Shown: positions 35,468 to 42,888 of the stretch, one piece after another
How the letters are laid out: every line of letters begins with the position of its first letter
Position numbering within the stretch: the first letter of the stretch is position 1
From: a virus
DNA length: 43,711 nt
Virus record (IMG/VR): IMGVR_UViG_3300045988_142367
Direction: 5' to 3' (one strand)
The notes under the pieces: model-generated
Databases searched by the model: none
What the model saw: the letters and a program-made list of their open reading frames with translations, nothing else
What the model was told of the DNA's origin: nothing
Program-made: the position numbers and the translations under genes

Positions 35468-35683
35468 TTAAGCATTGGGGTGGGTTATAGTTCCACCCCC
35501 GATTGCTTGCTTATGTTCTCCAATGTCCGGTTCTTTCGCTTCTTGGCTGCTGTGTCGCGGTATCTGGAACTTTATTCCTGTTATCGGACTGAACCACCAG
35601 TCGTGGTTTTTACCGTGCGAGAGGAAAGAGCATCCGCCTTTCTTCAGCTTCCTTATGACTTCCGAGTATCTCTTTACCGTTAT
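35468..35683 (-). pseudogene. hicA: hicA-like toxin reading frame without any ATG/GTG/TTG start (ATA where the start is expected)
   Basis: Minus-strand frame: (I)TVKRYSEVIRKLKKGGCSFLSHGKNHDWWFSPITGIKFQIPRHSSQEAKEPDIGEHKQAIGGGTITHPNA, stop at 35468..35470. It follows the HicA/YcfA layout (K-YSE--R-LKK-G ... G-NH ... P-TG ... PRH). An in-frame TAA lies 11 codons upstream of the ATA, and no canonical start occurs anywhere in the frame, which explains its absence from the ORF track. Confidence 0.55.
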
Positions 35684-35747
35684 TGTTTTGATTGCACTAC
35701 AAAGATAAGGAATTTCTTAACATTTACCAAATTTTTGGCGATTATTT

Positions 35748-36059
35748 TTACTTTTTCTTTTTTCCGAAAACGGCCTCGACCTCCTCGTCGGTGTCCGGAT
35801 CGCGTCTGATCCGGCGGTAGTCGGGACTGAAAGTGATACTGACAAGGCGTTCCTGATGACAGACGCAGATCAGGCCGATGACAGCCTCGTAGTCACGTGG
35901 GGAGACCTGAACGAGATAATCCACCCATTCCAGAAGAGGGAGGCTCCGCAGCCACTTCACATACGCCCGCCGCCTGGCCGCAATCACATTGGCGTACCTG
36001 TTCCGGAACGCCTCCTCCTGCTTCCTTGAATACAGAACATATCTCCTCAGGTCCTCCAT
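35748..36059 (-). CDS. Hypothetical protein (103 aa)
   Basis: ATG at 36057..36059 shares one base with the primase TGA (TGATG), suggesting translational coupling. Confidence 0.5.
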   Translation of the reverse strand: MEDLRRYVLYSRKQEEAFRNRYANVIAARRRAYVKWLRSLPLLEWVDYLVQVSPRDYEAVIGLICVCHQERLVSITFSPDYRRIRRDPDTDEEVEAVFGKKKK

Positions 36060-39000
36060 CACTCCTCCCAAAGTTCGGCATCAACCGCTTCGGCTGGCTC
36101 GGTGACCGGTGGGGGAGTGCTGGCCGCCGCGCGGTTGTCCCCGATCTCCAACGTGTCGGTGGAGATGTCAAGGTCAATGCCGTAGTTGACCTTGAGCGCG
36201 TCATAGTCAAAGACCATCGCCGTGGTGACGCGGCTCTTGCCGGTCTCCGGATTGCTCGACACGTAGGTCTTGTTCTCCAGCAGCTTGAACCGCATCGACT
36301 TGGCCGTACCTATGAACTCCGGTGAATGCTCAAGATAGTACTTCAGCGAATCCCTCGGGATCACCTTGCCGTTCACGTCCTTGCCCTCCTTCATATAGAG
36401 AGCCGAAAGCCGCTGGAAAGCCAGATAGATGTACCGCACTCCGTGCTTCGGCTCGAACGGAACATCCGACTCCTTGATGGCGAACGGACGGTCCCCGGCG
36501 CAAAGCTTATAGTCGATGTTGATGTACGCCTGTCCGGATGCCACCAGATTCTCCACAATCTCCCAGAAGCCTGAAAGCTCGTTGTTCTGCTTAGTCTTCT
36601 GGTTCTGATCCACACAACCCTTGCAGCAAAGCCTGAATATCTCCTCGCTGTCAAACGGCACATCGATGTCCGTCCTCAAAGCCCGGTAGGCCGCCAGCAG
36701 GATAGCCCAGTTCCTCAGTGTCCTGTCCTCGACATTGTACGAACGCACCCTGTCATTCATGTCCGACAAAGTCTCATCCCAAACCCTTCTGAAATCCGTC
36801 TGGAACTTGGAGCGCAACTGCAACAACTGGTTCGTCAGATGCGTAAGCCCTCGCTTCTCGATAAGCTTCAGATTCTCGTAGTTCCTCTTCTCCTGGTCGC
36901 TGAACGTTGTCTTGCTGAATGTCAGGAACACAAGCCGGTTGAACAGAGCGATGTCGGCGGTCGGCATCTCCTGACCGCTCATCACAACCCCGCAGTCCAC
37001 AGCCGTGGTCTCGCGCCTCTTGTCGTTGTCCATATTCATCCTCGAACGCCCCGCGCCGTCCCATATTCCTTTAAGGAACTCCCGCTTCTCCAGATCAAGG
37101 TTGTTCTTATATTCATCGAGATGCACCACCGCGTTGCTCACCTCCGCCACCGCCTCGGCAAGAGCCGCCTTGGTCGTGTTGTTGATGTTCGGCGCGATGT
37201 TGCCCGTCACGAAGAAGGAAGTCAGCGAATGACCCAGCTCCGACTTTCCCGTGCCCTTCGGGCCGAACAGATCCAGAATGGGGAACGATGTTGTCACCGA
37301 TGTCACAACGTCCTTGAACAACGACGCGAACAGGAAGCAAAGCGCCACCTTGGCGTTGTCCCCGAACACGGTGATGAGTTTCTCTGAATATTCCCGCAGC
37401 GTGATGGTGTTAGCCTCCGTATAGACAAATTTCCTTGCCAGCTGGTAGCCTTGGGTGTTGTCCCTTGTGTCCAGCGCGCAACCAGGAAGATAGAACTTCT
37501 GACCCTTGATGTCGATGATTCCGTACTTGTCCACCGGCTTGAACGTGCCGTTGTCAAGGCCGCCGTTGCCCCAGGCATAGAAGCCCCACTTCTTCTGCCA
37601 ACCCAGCTGCTTGATCTCATCAGCCGAAGGCGTGCCGTCATAGAGGAACTTCTTCAGTGAGGTAAGCTCGTTGGCCGTTGCCTCCCAGACATAGTTCCCG
37701 GCCGTCTCGACCCTCGTTTTGAAATCCGTGAACGACACGAGCTCGCTCTGGTTCAGCTTCACCACCGCCTCCTGCATCTTGACGTTCCGCAGCGTGAAGA
37801 TTCTCCTTGCGTTCTTCTCGTCCCGGATGTGCAGGATCGGAGTCATCGTGAAGTTGCTCCACCTCACATCGTTCCCGGATCTTGAAGCCCCATAGTAGCA
37901 GTTGTTCTTGACGTAGAAGCCATAGTTCTGGAGCATCTCCTTGGTTCCGTCCTCTTTCGCCTCCGCCCGCTCCTGATCATTCTTGGCCTTGAAATATTCC
38001 TGGTTCCAGATCTTGCCGAACTTGTAGGTCTTCGTGAAGGTCTCCCTGTACATATCCGCCGAACTCTGGTCCGGCACCTTGGCCAGCAGCTTGCAGACCT
38101 CGGTGATCACGGCGGCCTTCTCCGTCTGCGAAGCGGCTGCTTCCATCCATCTCTTGCAGATCCAAGGAATATAATCGTTCGTCCTCTGGAGGTTGCATTC
38201 GTCAAATTCGTGCTGATGTGTCCGGAAGAACTCATCAGCATCCTTGCCAAGCTCCGGCGGCAACTCCATCACACTGACCGAAAGCCCCGCCTCCGTCATC
38301 AGCTTGGCGTTCTTCTGGACCGCCTCGATACCGGCCTCGTCTGTGTCCCCGATGATCGTGACCCTTTCGGCCCTGGATTTCAGCAGGTCGATCTGGTCCT
38401 GAGTCAAAGCCGTTCCGCACGGAGCCACGGCATTCTTCACCCCGATTTCGTGCAACCGGCATACGTCCAGATTGCCCTCGACAAGGTAAGCCTGCTTCGT
38501 GGCGTAGATCTGCATATTCGCCTGGAGCCACCCGAAAAGGATTCCCTTCTTCTTGTACAGTTCAGTCTCCCCGGTGTTCAGGTACTTGGGAACGCCCGGC
38601 TTGTCACCGATGTACCGTCCGGAAAAACCCGCTATGTAGCCGCTTGTCCAGAACACCGGAAACATTATCCTGTGCCTGAACGAGTCATAGACCTGCCCGG
38701 TGTTCTCGTTCCTCTTGACCAGTCCTGCCGCAAGCAGCACGTCCTCCTTCCATCCAAGTCCCGTCAGGTACTGTTTCAGGCCTCCTTTCTCTGGAGCGTA
38801 GCCGATGCAGAACAGCTCGGCGGTCTCGGCTTTGATCCCGCGCTTCTTCAGGACATATTCCTTGGCTCCAGGTGATTCCTTATACCGTTGGATGAACCAC
38901 TCGGAGGCCAGCTTGTTCACCGTCATCAGTTGCGACCGTCGGAACTCCGCCGCCTTCTCCTCCGGTGTAGGCTCCTTCTTCTCGTAGTCGATTCCCAACC

Positions 39001-39265
39001 GTCCGGCAAGATGCTCCACCGCCTCGTAGAACGTCATCCCGCGCCTCTCCATTACAAAGCTGATGGCGTCGCCGGTACGTCCGCACCCGAAGCAGTGGTA
39101 CATATTCCTCGATGGTGTCACCACGAACGAAGGAGTCTTCTCCCCGTGGAAAGGGCAACAGCATTTGTAGTGGCTGCCTTCTCGCTTGAGCTCCACGCCC
39201 TCGTCCTGGATGATCGAGACGATGTCCCGCTCCTTGATCTGGTTTTTTACATAGTCGGGGATCAT
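36059..39265 (-). CDS. Primase/helicase: CHC2 zinc finger + Toprim + C-terminal P-loop NTPase (1068 aa)
   Basis: CCCPFHGEKTPSFVVTPSRNMYHCFGCGRTGD is the DnaG CHC2 finger. EGNLDVCRLHE...IIGDTDEAG is Toprim. FGPKGTGKSE is Walker A and VVHLDEY is Walker B. Confidence 0.85.
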   Translation of the reverse strand: MIPDYVKNQIKERDIVSIIQDEGVELKREGSHYKCCCPFHGEKTPSFVVTPSRNMYHCFGCGRTGDAISFVMERRGMTFYEAVEHLAGRLGIDYEKKEPTPEEKAAEFRRSQLMTVNKLASEWFIQRYKESPGAKEYVLKKRGIKAETAELFCIGYAPEKGGLKQYLTGLGWKEDVLLAAGLVKRNENTGQVYDSFRHRIMFPVFWTSGYIAGFSGRYIGDKPGVPKYLNTGETELYKKKGILFGWLQANMQIYATKQAYLVEGNLDVCRLHEIGVKNAVAPCGTALTQDQIDLLKSRAERVTIIGDTDEAGIEAVQKNAKLMTEAGLSVSVMELPPELGKDADEFFRTHQHEFDECNLQRTNDYIPWICKRWMEAAASQTEKAAVITEVCKLLAKVPDQSSADMYRETFTKTYKFGKIWNQEYFKAKNDQERAEAKEDGTKEMLQNYGFYVKNNCYYGASRSGNDVRWSNFTMTPILHIRDEKNARRIFTLRNVKMQEAVVKLNQSELVSFTDFKTRVETAGNYVWEATANELTSLKKFLYDGTPSADEIKQLGWQKKWGFYAWGNGGLDNGTFKPVDKYGIIDIKGQKFYLPGCALDTRDNTQGYQLARKFVYTEANTITLREYSEKLITVFGDNAKVALCFLFASLFKDVVTSVTTSFPILDLFGPKGTGKSELGHSLTSFFVTGNIAPNINNTTKAALAEAVAEVSNAVVHLDEYKNNLDLEKREFLKGIWDGAGRSRMNMDNDKRRETTAVDCGVVMSGQEMPTADIALFNRLVFLTFSKTTFSDQEKRNYENLKLIEKRGLTHLTNQLLQLRSKFQTDFRRVWDETLSDMNDRVRSYNVEDRTLRNWAILLAAYRALRTDIDVPFDSEEIFRLCCKGCVDQNQKTKQNNELSGFWEIVENLVASGQAYINIDYKLCAGDRPFAIKESDVPFEPKHGVRYIYLAFQRLSALYMKEGKDVNGKVIPRDSLKYYLEHSPEFIGTAKSMRFKLLENKTYVSSNPETGKSRVTTAMVFDYDALKVNYGIDLDISTDTLEIGDNRAAASTPPPVTEPAEAVDAELWEE

Positions 39266-39579
39266 AAGTCAAATAAATCTATGGCCTGGCCATTGTCCGC
39301 ACTCTCGAATATCCTTTTGCAGGAATCATCGTTCACTCTCTCGTTAGCCTGGTCTATCTCGAAAATCAGCTTCCTTGCGATGCCGATGTTCTGCTCAAGA
39401 TGGCATTTGCGCTGGATCTCCCAAGTCTGCATCCGTGCCGGTTCAAGCCCTGCGAACTCCATCAACTGGACTTCCCAAAGCTGCACGGCCATCTGGCACG
39501 CCCCGCGCAGTGCCGACCATTCCGGCCTGTCCATCTCGAACACCGAGATCAGGCCTCTTGAATCCTTGTCGGCGTACAT
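39262..39579 (-). CDS. Hypothetical early protein (105 aa)
   Basis: Packed ORF that overlaps the primase start by 4 nt. Confidence 0.5.
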   Translation of the reverse strand: MYADKDSRGLISVFEMDRPEWSALRGACQMAVQLWEVQLMEFAGLEPARMQTWEIQRKCHLEQNIGIARKLIFEIDQANERVNDDSCKRIFESADNGQAIDLFDL

Positions 39580-39582
39580 AGC

Positions 39583-39801
39583 CTACCGCTTTTCAGGAAA
39601 CAACTCCTCCACGGACTCCTCGACCCCGAAGACATCCTTGACGTACTTCCTGATGTTCTCCTGATAGAGCGGCTTAGGCCGCCTCGTCCCGTTGCACCAG
39701 GAATATGCCGTTGGGTACGACACCCCGTCCATCACGATCAACGTCAATAAATCATTCCGCTGTTTAAGGCCCGCGGTCTCCCAAATCTTTTTGATTGCCA
39801 T
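39583..39801 (-). CDS. Small putative DNA-binding protein (72 aa)
   Basis: GLKQRNDLLTLIVMDGVSYPTAYSWCNG is an HTH-like segment. The call is weak. Confidence 0.4.
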   Translation of the reverse strand: MAIKKIWETAGLKQRNDLLTLIVMDGVSYPTAYSWCNGTRRPKPLYQENIRKYVKDVFGVEESVEELFPEKR

Positions 39802-39822
39802 ATTTAATGAATATTATTGATT

Positions 39823-40773
39823 TCAGTCTAATAGTTTCAGCCCTTTGCTTATGATTTTTATTGCCTCCCTCTTAGAGTCCATACTGGCGTGGGTATAGAT
39901 ATCCAGAGTTGTGGATATATCCGAGTGCCCCAATATTCTCGACACGCTGGCGATGTCCGCTCCACCTCGGATCATATTTGTCGCGAACGAGTGTCTTAGG
40001 CCGTGGAATTTGATTATTCTTACCCCAGCTTTTTTGCAAAGGTTATTAAAGTGATGCCGAAAGGTTCTTGGCTCTGTGCACTTTTCTGTTCCGCTTGCGA
40101 TGTAAAAATTGTCAGGCATTATTCCCCTTACTTTCGCGAGACACTTTGCGAGCTGTGCCGTAATGGGGATGCATCGGTTGCTGGATCTGGTCTTTGGTAT
40201 CCCTTCCCGAACGTATGACTTTTTTTCGCCCGTGCTGCCGAATGTCTTTGGAATATACACTCTTGCAATTGTGCAATCTACAGTGATCGTTTTTTCTTTA
40301 GGGTCAACGTTCCTCCATTTCAGCCCGCAGACCTCCCCGATCCGTAGTCCGGTCATCATTGTGATCAGGATGGCGATTCCCTCGTAGGACGGATGCTCCA
40401 TGATGTATCCAGCAAGGCGTCTCAATTCTTCCGGAGAGTATGTCTCTAGTTCTTTCATTGCGCCTTCTTCGCGAGGATATTGTAAATTGAATTTTGGCAG
40501 GTAGAGATCTAAGCCGTCCAAAAACCATCCCATTATCATTTTGACAAGGACTATAATGTCCTTTATGGATTTTGTGCTAAGTCCGGTTTGATGGAGCCGA
40601 CCTATCATATCCTGAAGATGTCTGGAGCGTATGTTTTTGATTTCCATATTCGCAATCTCATCATTTTTGATATGATTCCTGTACATCAAGTCATACGCTG
40701 CCAGCGTCGAGTCTCTGACCATATACTCCTTGTTTTTGAACCAATGCTCGTATTCTTCGTTAATTGTGCTCAT
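39823..40773 (-). CDS. Second tyrosine recombinase (XerC/D-like site-specific recombinase)
   Basis: Catalytic residues can be read: GLRIGEVCGLKW (Arg), HGLRHSFAT (His-x-x-Arg) and LGHSDISTTLDIYTH (His, Tyr). The gene is visibly AT-richer than its flanks. Confidence 0.85.
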   Translation of the reverse strand: MSTINEEYEHWFKNKEYMVRDSTLAAYDLMYRNHIKNDEIANMEIKNIRSRHLQDMIGRLHQTGLSTKSIKDIIVLVKMIMGWFLDGLDLYLPKFNLQYPREEGAMKELETYSPEELRRLAGYIMEHPSYEGIAILITMMTGLRIGEVCGLKWRNVDPKEKTITVDCTIARVYIPKTFGSTGEKKSYVREGIPKTRSSNRCIPITAQLAKCLAKVRGIMPDNFYIASGTEKCTEPRTFRHHFNNLCKKAGVRIIKFHGLRHSFATNMIRGGADIASVSRILGHSDISTTLDIYTHASMDSKREAIKIISKGLKLLD

Positions 40774-40775
40774 AA

Positions 40776-41336
40776 CTATGATAATTTGAATATTTCCGAA
40801 AATCCAAGCGCGTCATTCCGCTTGTTGATCAGCCGGTAATGCGCTATAACCCGCTGCTCCAGAACATCCCCGTGATAGACATCCCCAACCATTCCCCTGA
40901 CCGACAAGTTGAAAAGGAGTATCGGTATCGATCTGTCCGAAAGTTCCCAACACTCGACCGGATTGTCGTTCGGGTAATAGTCGAACGGAATCCGCTTTCG
41001 GCATAGTTCCCACCATTTGGCTATGATCATCGAGCCGTTTCCGGCGGTCGGCTCCAGAATCCCTTGTCTGCGTGCACCGTTGTCGGTGATCATCGCAGCC
41101 AGCTGCGAAGCGGCCGCCGGAGTAAAGTCCTGCTTTTTCTGACCGCGCTCGCTTAGCTCCGCTTCGTAGATGGGTTGGAACCATTCCCTGTCCATCGCGA
41201 AGTCATTCGCCTCAAGCATTGCCCTGTAGAACTTCTGTCTGTTGACTGGATCCCCGAACAGAACCGTCATCAAAGCCTCCGGAATCAGCCTCGTGTCATT
41301 TATTCCAAGTGTTGTCAAAAGAAACTCTTTAGTCAT
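40776..41336 (-). CDS. N6-adenine methyltransferase-like protein lacking the catalytic motif IV (186 aa)
   Basis: QDFTP is motif X and ILEPTAGNGSMI is the SAM-binding motif I. ECWELSDRSIPILLFNL...GDVYHGDVL is the motif II/III region. No (N/D/S)PP(Y/F/W) motif occurs anywhere in the ORF. Confidence 0.6.
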   Translation of the reverse strand: MTKEFLLTTLGINDTRLIPEALMTVLFGDPVNRQKFYRAMLEANDFAMDREWFQPIYEAELSERGQKKQDFTPAAASQLAAMITDNGARRQGILEPTAGNGSMIIAKWWELCRKRIPFDYYPNDNPVECWELSDRSIPILLFNLSVRGMVGDVYHGDVLEQRVIAHYRLINKRNDALGFSEIFKLS

Positions 41337-41400
41337 TGAAAATCAACAAAATAAATTGAAAATATCTTGAAAAATAATTGTGTAATTCAAAATAAATGCG

Positions 41401-41408
41401 TACCTTTG
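41401..41408 (+). promoter_or_regulatory. Candidate Bacteroides-type -7 box TACCTTTG (rightward)
   Basis: Matches TAnnTTTG. An ATTGTG segment lies ~20 nt upstream as a weak -33. It points toward the RHH gene. Confidence 0.4.
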
Positions 41409-41412
41409 TATT

Positions 41413-41604
41413 GCGGTTCAGGGAGAACCGCGAAAGAGGAATCTGAAACGCTTGAAAGGGAGTAAGAAAAACAGCCAAACTTCTGAAAATATGAGAGTCG
41501 AAGTTCTTAAAATCAGAATTTGGAAAATAGTGATAACACTTGTAGAGGTTACACTTTAGTTTTCCGAGGGAGGGGATCCGAAACATCCCCTCTCGTTTGG
41601 CTGT
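41413..41604. promoter_or_regulatory. Structured leader / overlap region between face-to-face promoters
   Basis: Hairpins: GCGGTTC-AGGGA-GAACCGC (41413..41431), GTG(A)TAAC-N10-GTTACAC (41530..41554) and CGAG(GG)AGGGGAT-CCGAAAC-ATCCCCTCTCG (41565..41595). There is also a 10-bp long-range pairing ACAGCCAAAC (41471..41480) / GTTTGGCTGT (41595..41604). Confidence 0.5.
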
Positions 41605-41610
41605 CTTCCG

Positions 41611-41618
41611 CAAATTTA
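41611..41618 (-). promoter_or_regulatory. Candidate -7 box TAAATTTG (leftward, early operon), with TTTG about 19 nt upstream
   Basis: Plus strand CAAATTTA is minus strand TAAATTTG. Minus-strand TTTG occurs at 41641..41638. The predicted start near 41604 coincides with the first base of the long-range helix. Confidence 0.45.
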
Positions 41619-41629
41619 ACACATTTTGT

Positions 41630-41848
41630 ATGCAAAACAAAAATCTGTCATCTTCACAAACTCCTTCCGAGTCCGCGTCCTGGGGCGGTGCCCGTTCCGG
41701 TGCCGGCCGCAAGTCCAAGCCCCACGGAAAGTCCTACACCTTCCAGTCCACCCCCGAGGTTGACGCGTTCCTCTCTTCCTATCAGGGCAACAAGACTGAG
41801 TTCATCAACCGAGCTATCCTGACCCTTGCGGGCAAATCCTCCGACTGA
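41630..41848 (+). CDS. Small ribbon-helix-helix DNA-binding protein (72 aa)
   Basis: MQNKNLSSSQTPSESASWGGARSGAGRKSKPHGKSYTFQSTPEVDAFLSSYQGNKTEFINRAILTLAG has a basic GGxRxGxGRK arm followed by a beta-strand and two helices (RHH layout). Confidence 0.6.
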   Translation: MQNKNLSSSQTPSESASWGGARSGAGRKSKPHGKSYTFQSTPEVDAFLSSYQGNKTEFINRAILTLAGKSSD

Positions 41849-41887
41849 TCATCAGTTCCAGTTGTGTGTCTTATCTGCTTTTCAAGC

Positions 41888-41923
41888 AATTCACCGCAGT
41901 GTCTGGCCGCGGTGAATTTTTGT
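41888..41923 (+). terminator. Intrinsic terminator of the RHH gene
   Basis: AATTCACCGC-N11-GCGGTGAATT (10-bp stem) followed by TTTTGT, 40 nt after the stop at 41848. Confidence 0.7.
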
Positions 41924-42066
41924 ATCCGCTGCACTCTGTACCTCTTGCCTTCTCCTGTCTTCGTCACCGCTGGTGATTTGATTATCCGGTTGACCGTCTT
42001 CCGCGCCAACCTGTTCTGAATCTTTCGTGCTATTGAACTCATAATATTACTGATTAACCAATTTCG

Positions 42067-42196
42067 CCCCCGGGAACGGAATCGAACCGCTCACATCGCG
42101 CGACGCTTTCGGAGCAGACCCCGCCCTCCTGGGCTTTACATCCTACGCAAGTCTGCCTACGTGCCGGCAGGGACCCATATCCTGCCCTTTCCGGGG
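42067..42196 (-). ncRNA. tRNA-shaped RNA module 2 (~130 nt) with a 62-nt branched insert in place of the anticodon loop
   Basis: Minus strand: acceptor CCCCGG/CCGGGG; D-like stem GGCAGG/CCTGCC with loop ATATGGGTC; anticodon-type stem CACGT/ATGTG; T-arm AGCGG-TTCGATT-CCGTT (T-loop at 42080..42086). No CCA and no canonical anticodon loop. Confidence 0.55.
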
Positions 42197-42306
42197 AATT
42201 GCCGGTCTTTCCCGGCTGTCAAACTTACTTAACTCAACACTATCTAAACATACGGTCTCTCACCGCCCGACGCTCCTTAACGCCGTAATTGAATTGATAA
42301 AACTGA

Positions 42307-42416
42307 GATCCCGCGCCGGACTCGAACCGGTAATGACTAAAACTTATGATTTTCGACAAAAAAGGTTATTTGTGCCTACTCGCTTTTAAGTCGCTCCCCA
42401 CGGAGCATCGCGGAAT
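42307..42416 (-). ncRNA. tRNA-shaped RNA module 1 (~110 nt) with a ~44-nt insert in place of the anticodon loop
   Basis: Minus strand: 7-bp acceptor ATTCCGC/GCGGGAT; D-arm TGCT-CCGTGGGG-AGCG; extended anticodon-type helix CT(T)AAAA/TTTTAG; 5-nt variable region; T-arm ACCGG-TTCGAGT-CCGGC (T-loop at 42320..42326). No CCA is encoded. Confidence 0.55.
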
Positions 42417-42486
42417 TGTTCACGCCTCACGGCGCTACGTGATGGCGGCTTCCTAGGGCCGTTGAATATAGATTTGCCAAGACCTA

Positions 42487-42576
42487 TTACTTATCGTCAT
42501 CCTCCTTGAACGCCCACCAGTACAGCGCAACCACACCGACCAGCATCACTCCTTCCACTATGTAATGAACCAACAT
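42487..42576 (-). CDS. Tiny hydrophobic peptide (29 aa)
   Basis: MLVHYIVEGVMLVGVVALYWWAFKEDDDK. Its ATG lies 1 nt after the stop of 42578..42874. It is below the ORF-track cut-off. Confidence 0.3.
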   Translation of the reverse strand: MLVHYIVEGVMLVGVVALYWWAFKEDDDK

Positions 42577-42577
42577 A

Positions 42578-42874
42578 TCAGACCACGTCCTCCTCAAGCG
42601 TCACCATAATGAATTTCACAAGCTCATCCCAGTTCCACTTCCCGGGATCACGCTCCGGCATCCCGCCCTTGTCAAGTCTCCACACACCGGCGGCGCACTC
42701 CCAAGCCGCAAGGCACTGCCCAAGCCTGTCAGCGATGAACTCCCTCGCAAGCGGTCTGATGTCCTCGCCCTCCTGCGCCTTGTTCCAGAGCCTCACCACG
42801 TTCACCCCAGCATCCAGATGGTGCTTTGCCATCAAATCAAGGAACTTGTCCCTGTTGACATCATATTTTTCCAT
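42578..42874 (-). CDS. Hypothetical early protein (98 aa)
   Basis: ATG at 42872..42874 (MEKYDVNRDKF...). The ORF-track start at 42892 is a TTG. Confidence 0.5.
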   Translation of the reverse strand: MEKYDVNRDKFLDLMAKHHLDAGVNVVRLWNKAQEGEDIRPLAREFIADRLGQCLAAWECAAGVWRLDKGGMPERDPGKWNWDELVKFIMVTLEEDVV

Positions 42875-42888
42875 ACCCAATGAATATC

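Noticed and set aside
41782-42042. 86-aa minus-strand ORF directly downstream of the tRNA-like locus
   Set aside because: It runs through the RHH gene's terminator hairpin (41888..41923) and overlaps the RHH coding region by 67 nt on the opposite strand. The sequence is basic and low-information. It could be real in part, but I cannot support it.
42043-42486. tmRNA (ssrA), one-piece or permuted
   Set aside because: There is no G3:U70 pair, and the acceptor does not start GGGG. No tag ORF ends in a hydrophobic Ala-rich degron. The only GCA-initiated mini-frame (AQITFFVENHKF in module 1) is mostly buried in a helix, and there are two T-arms in the same orientation. This cannot be fully excluded without ARAGORN.
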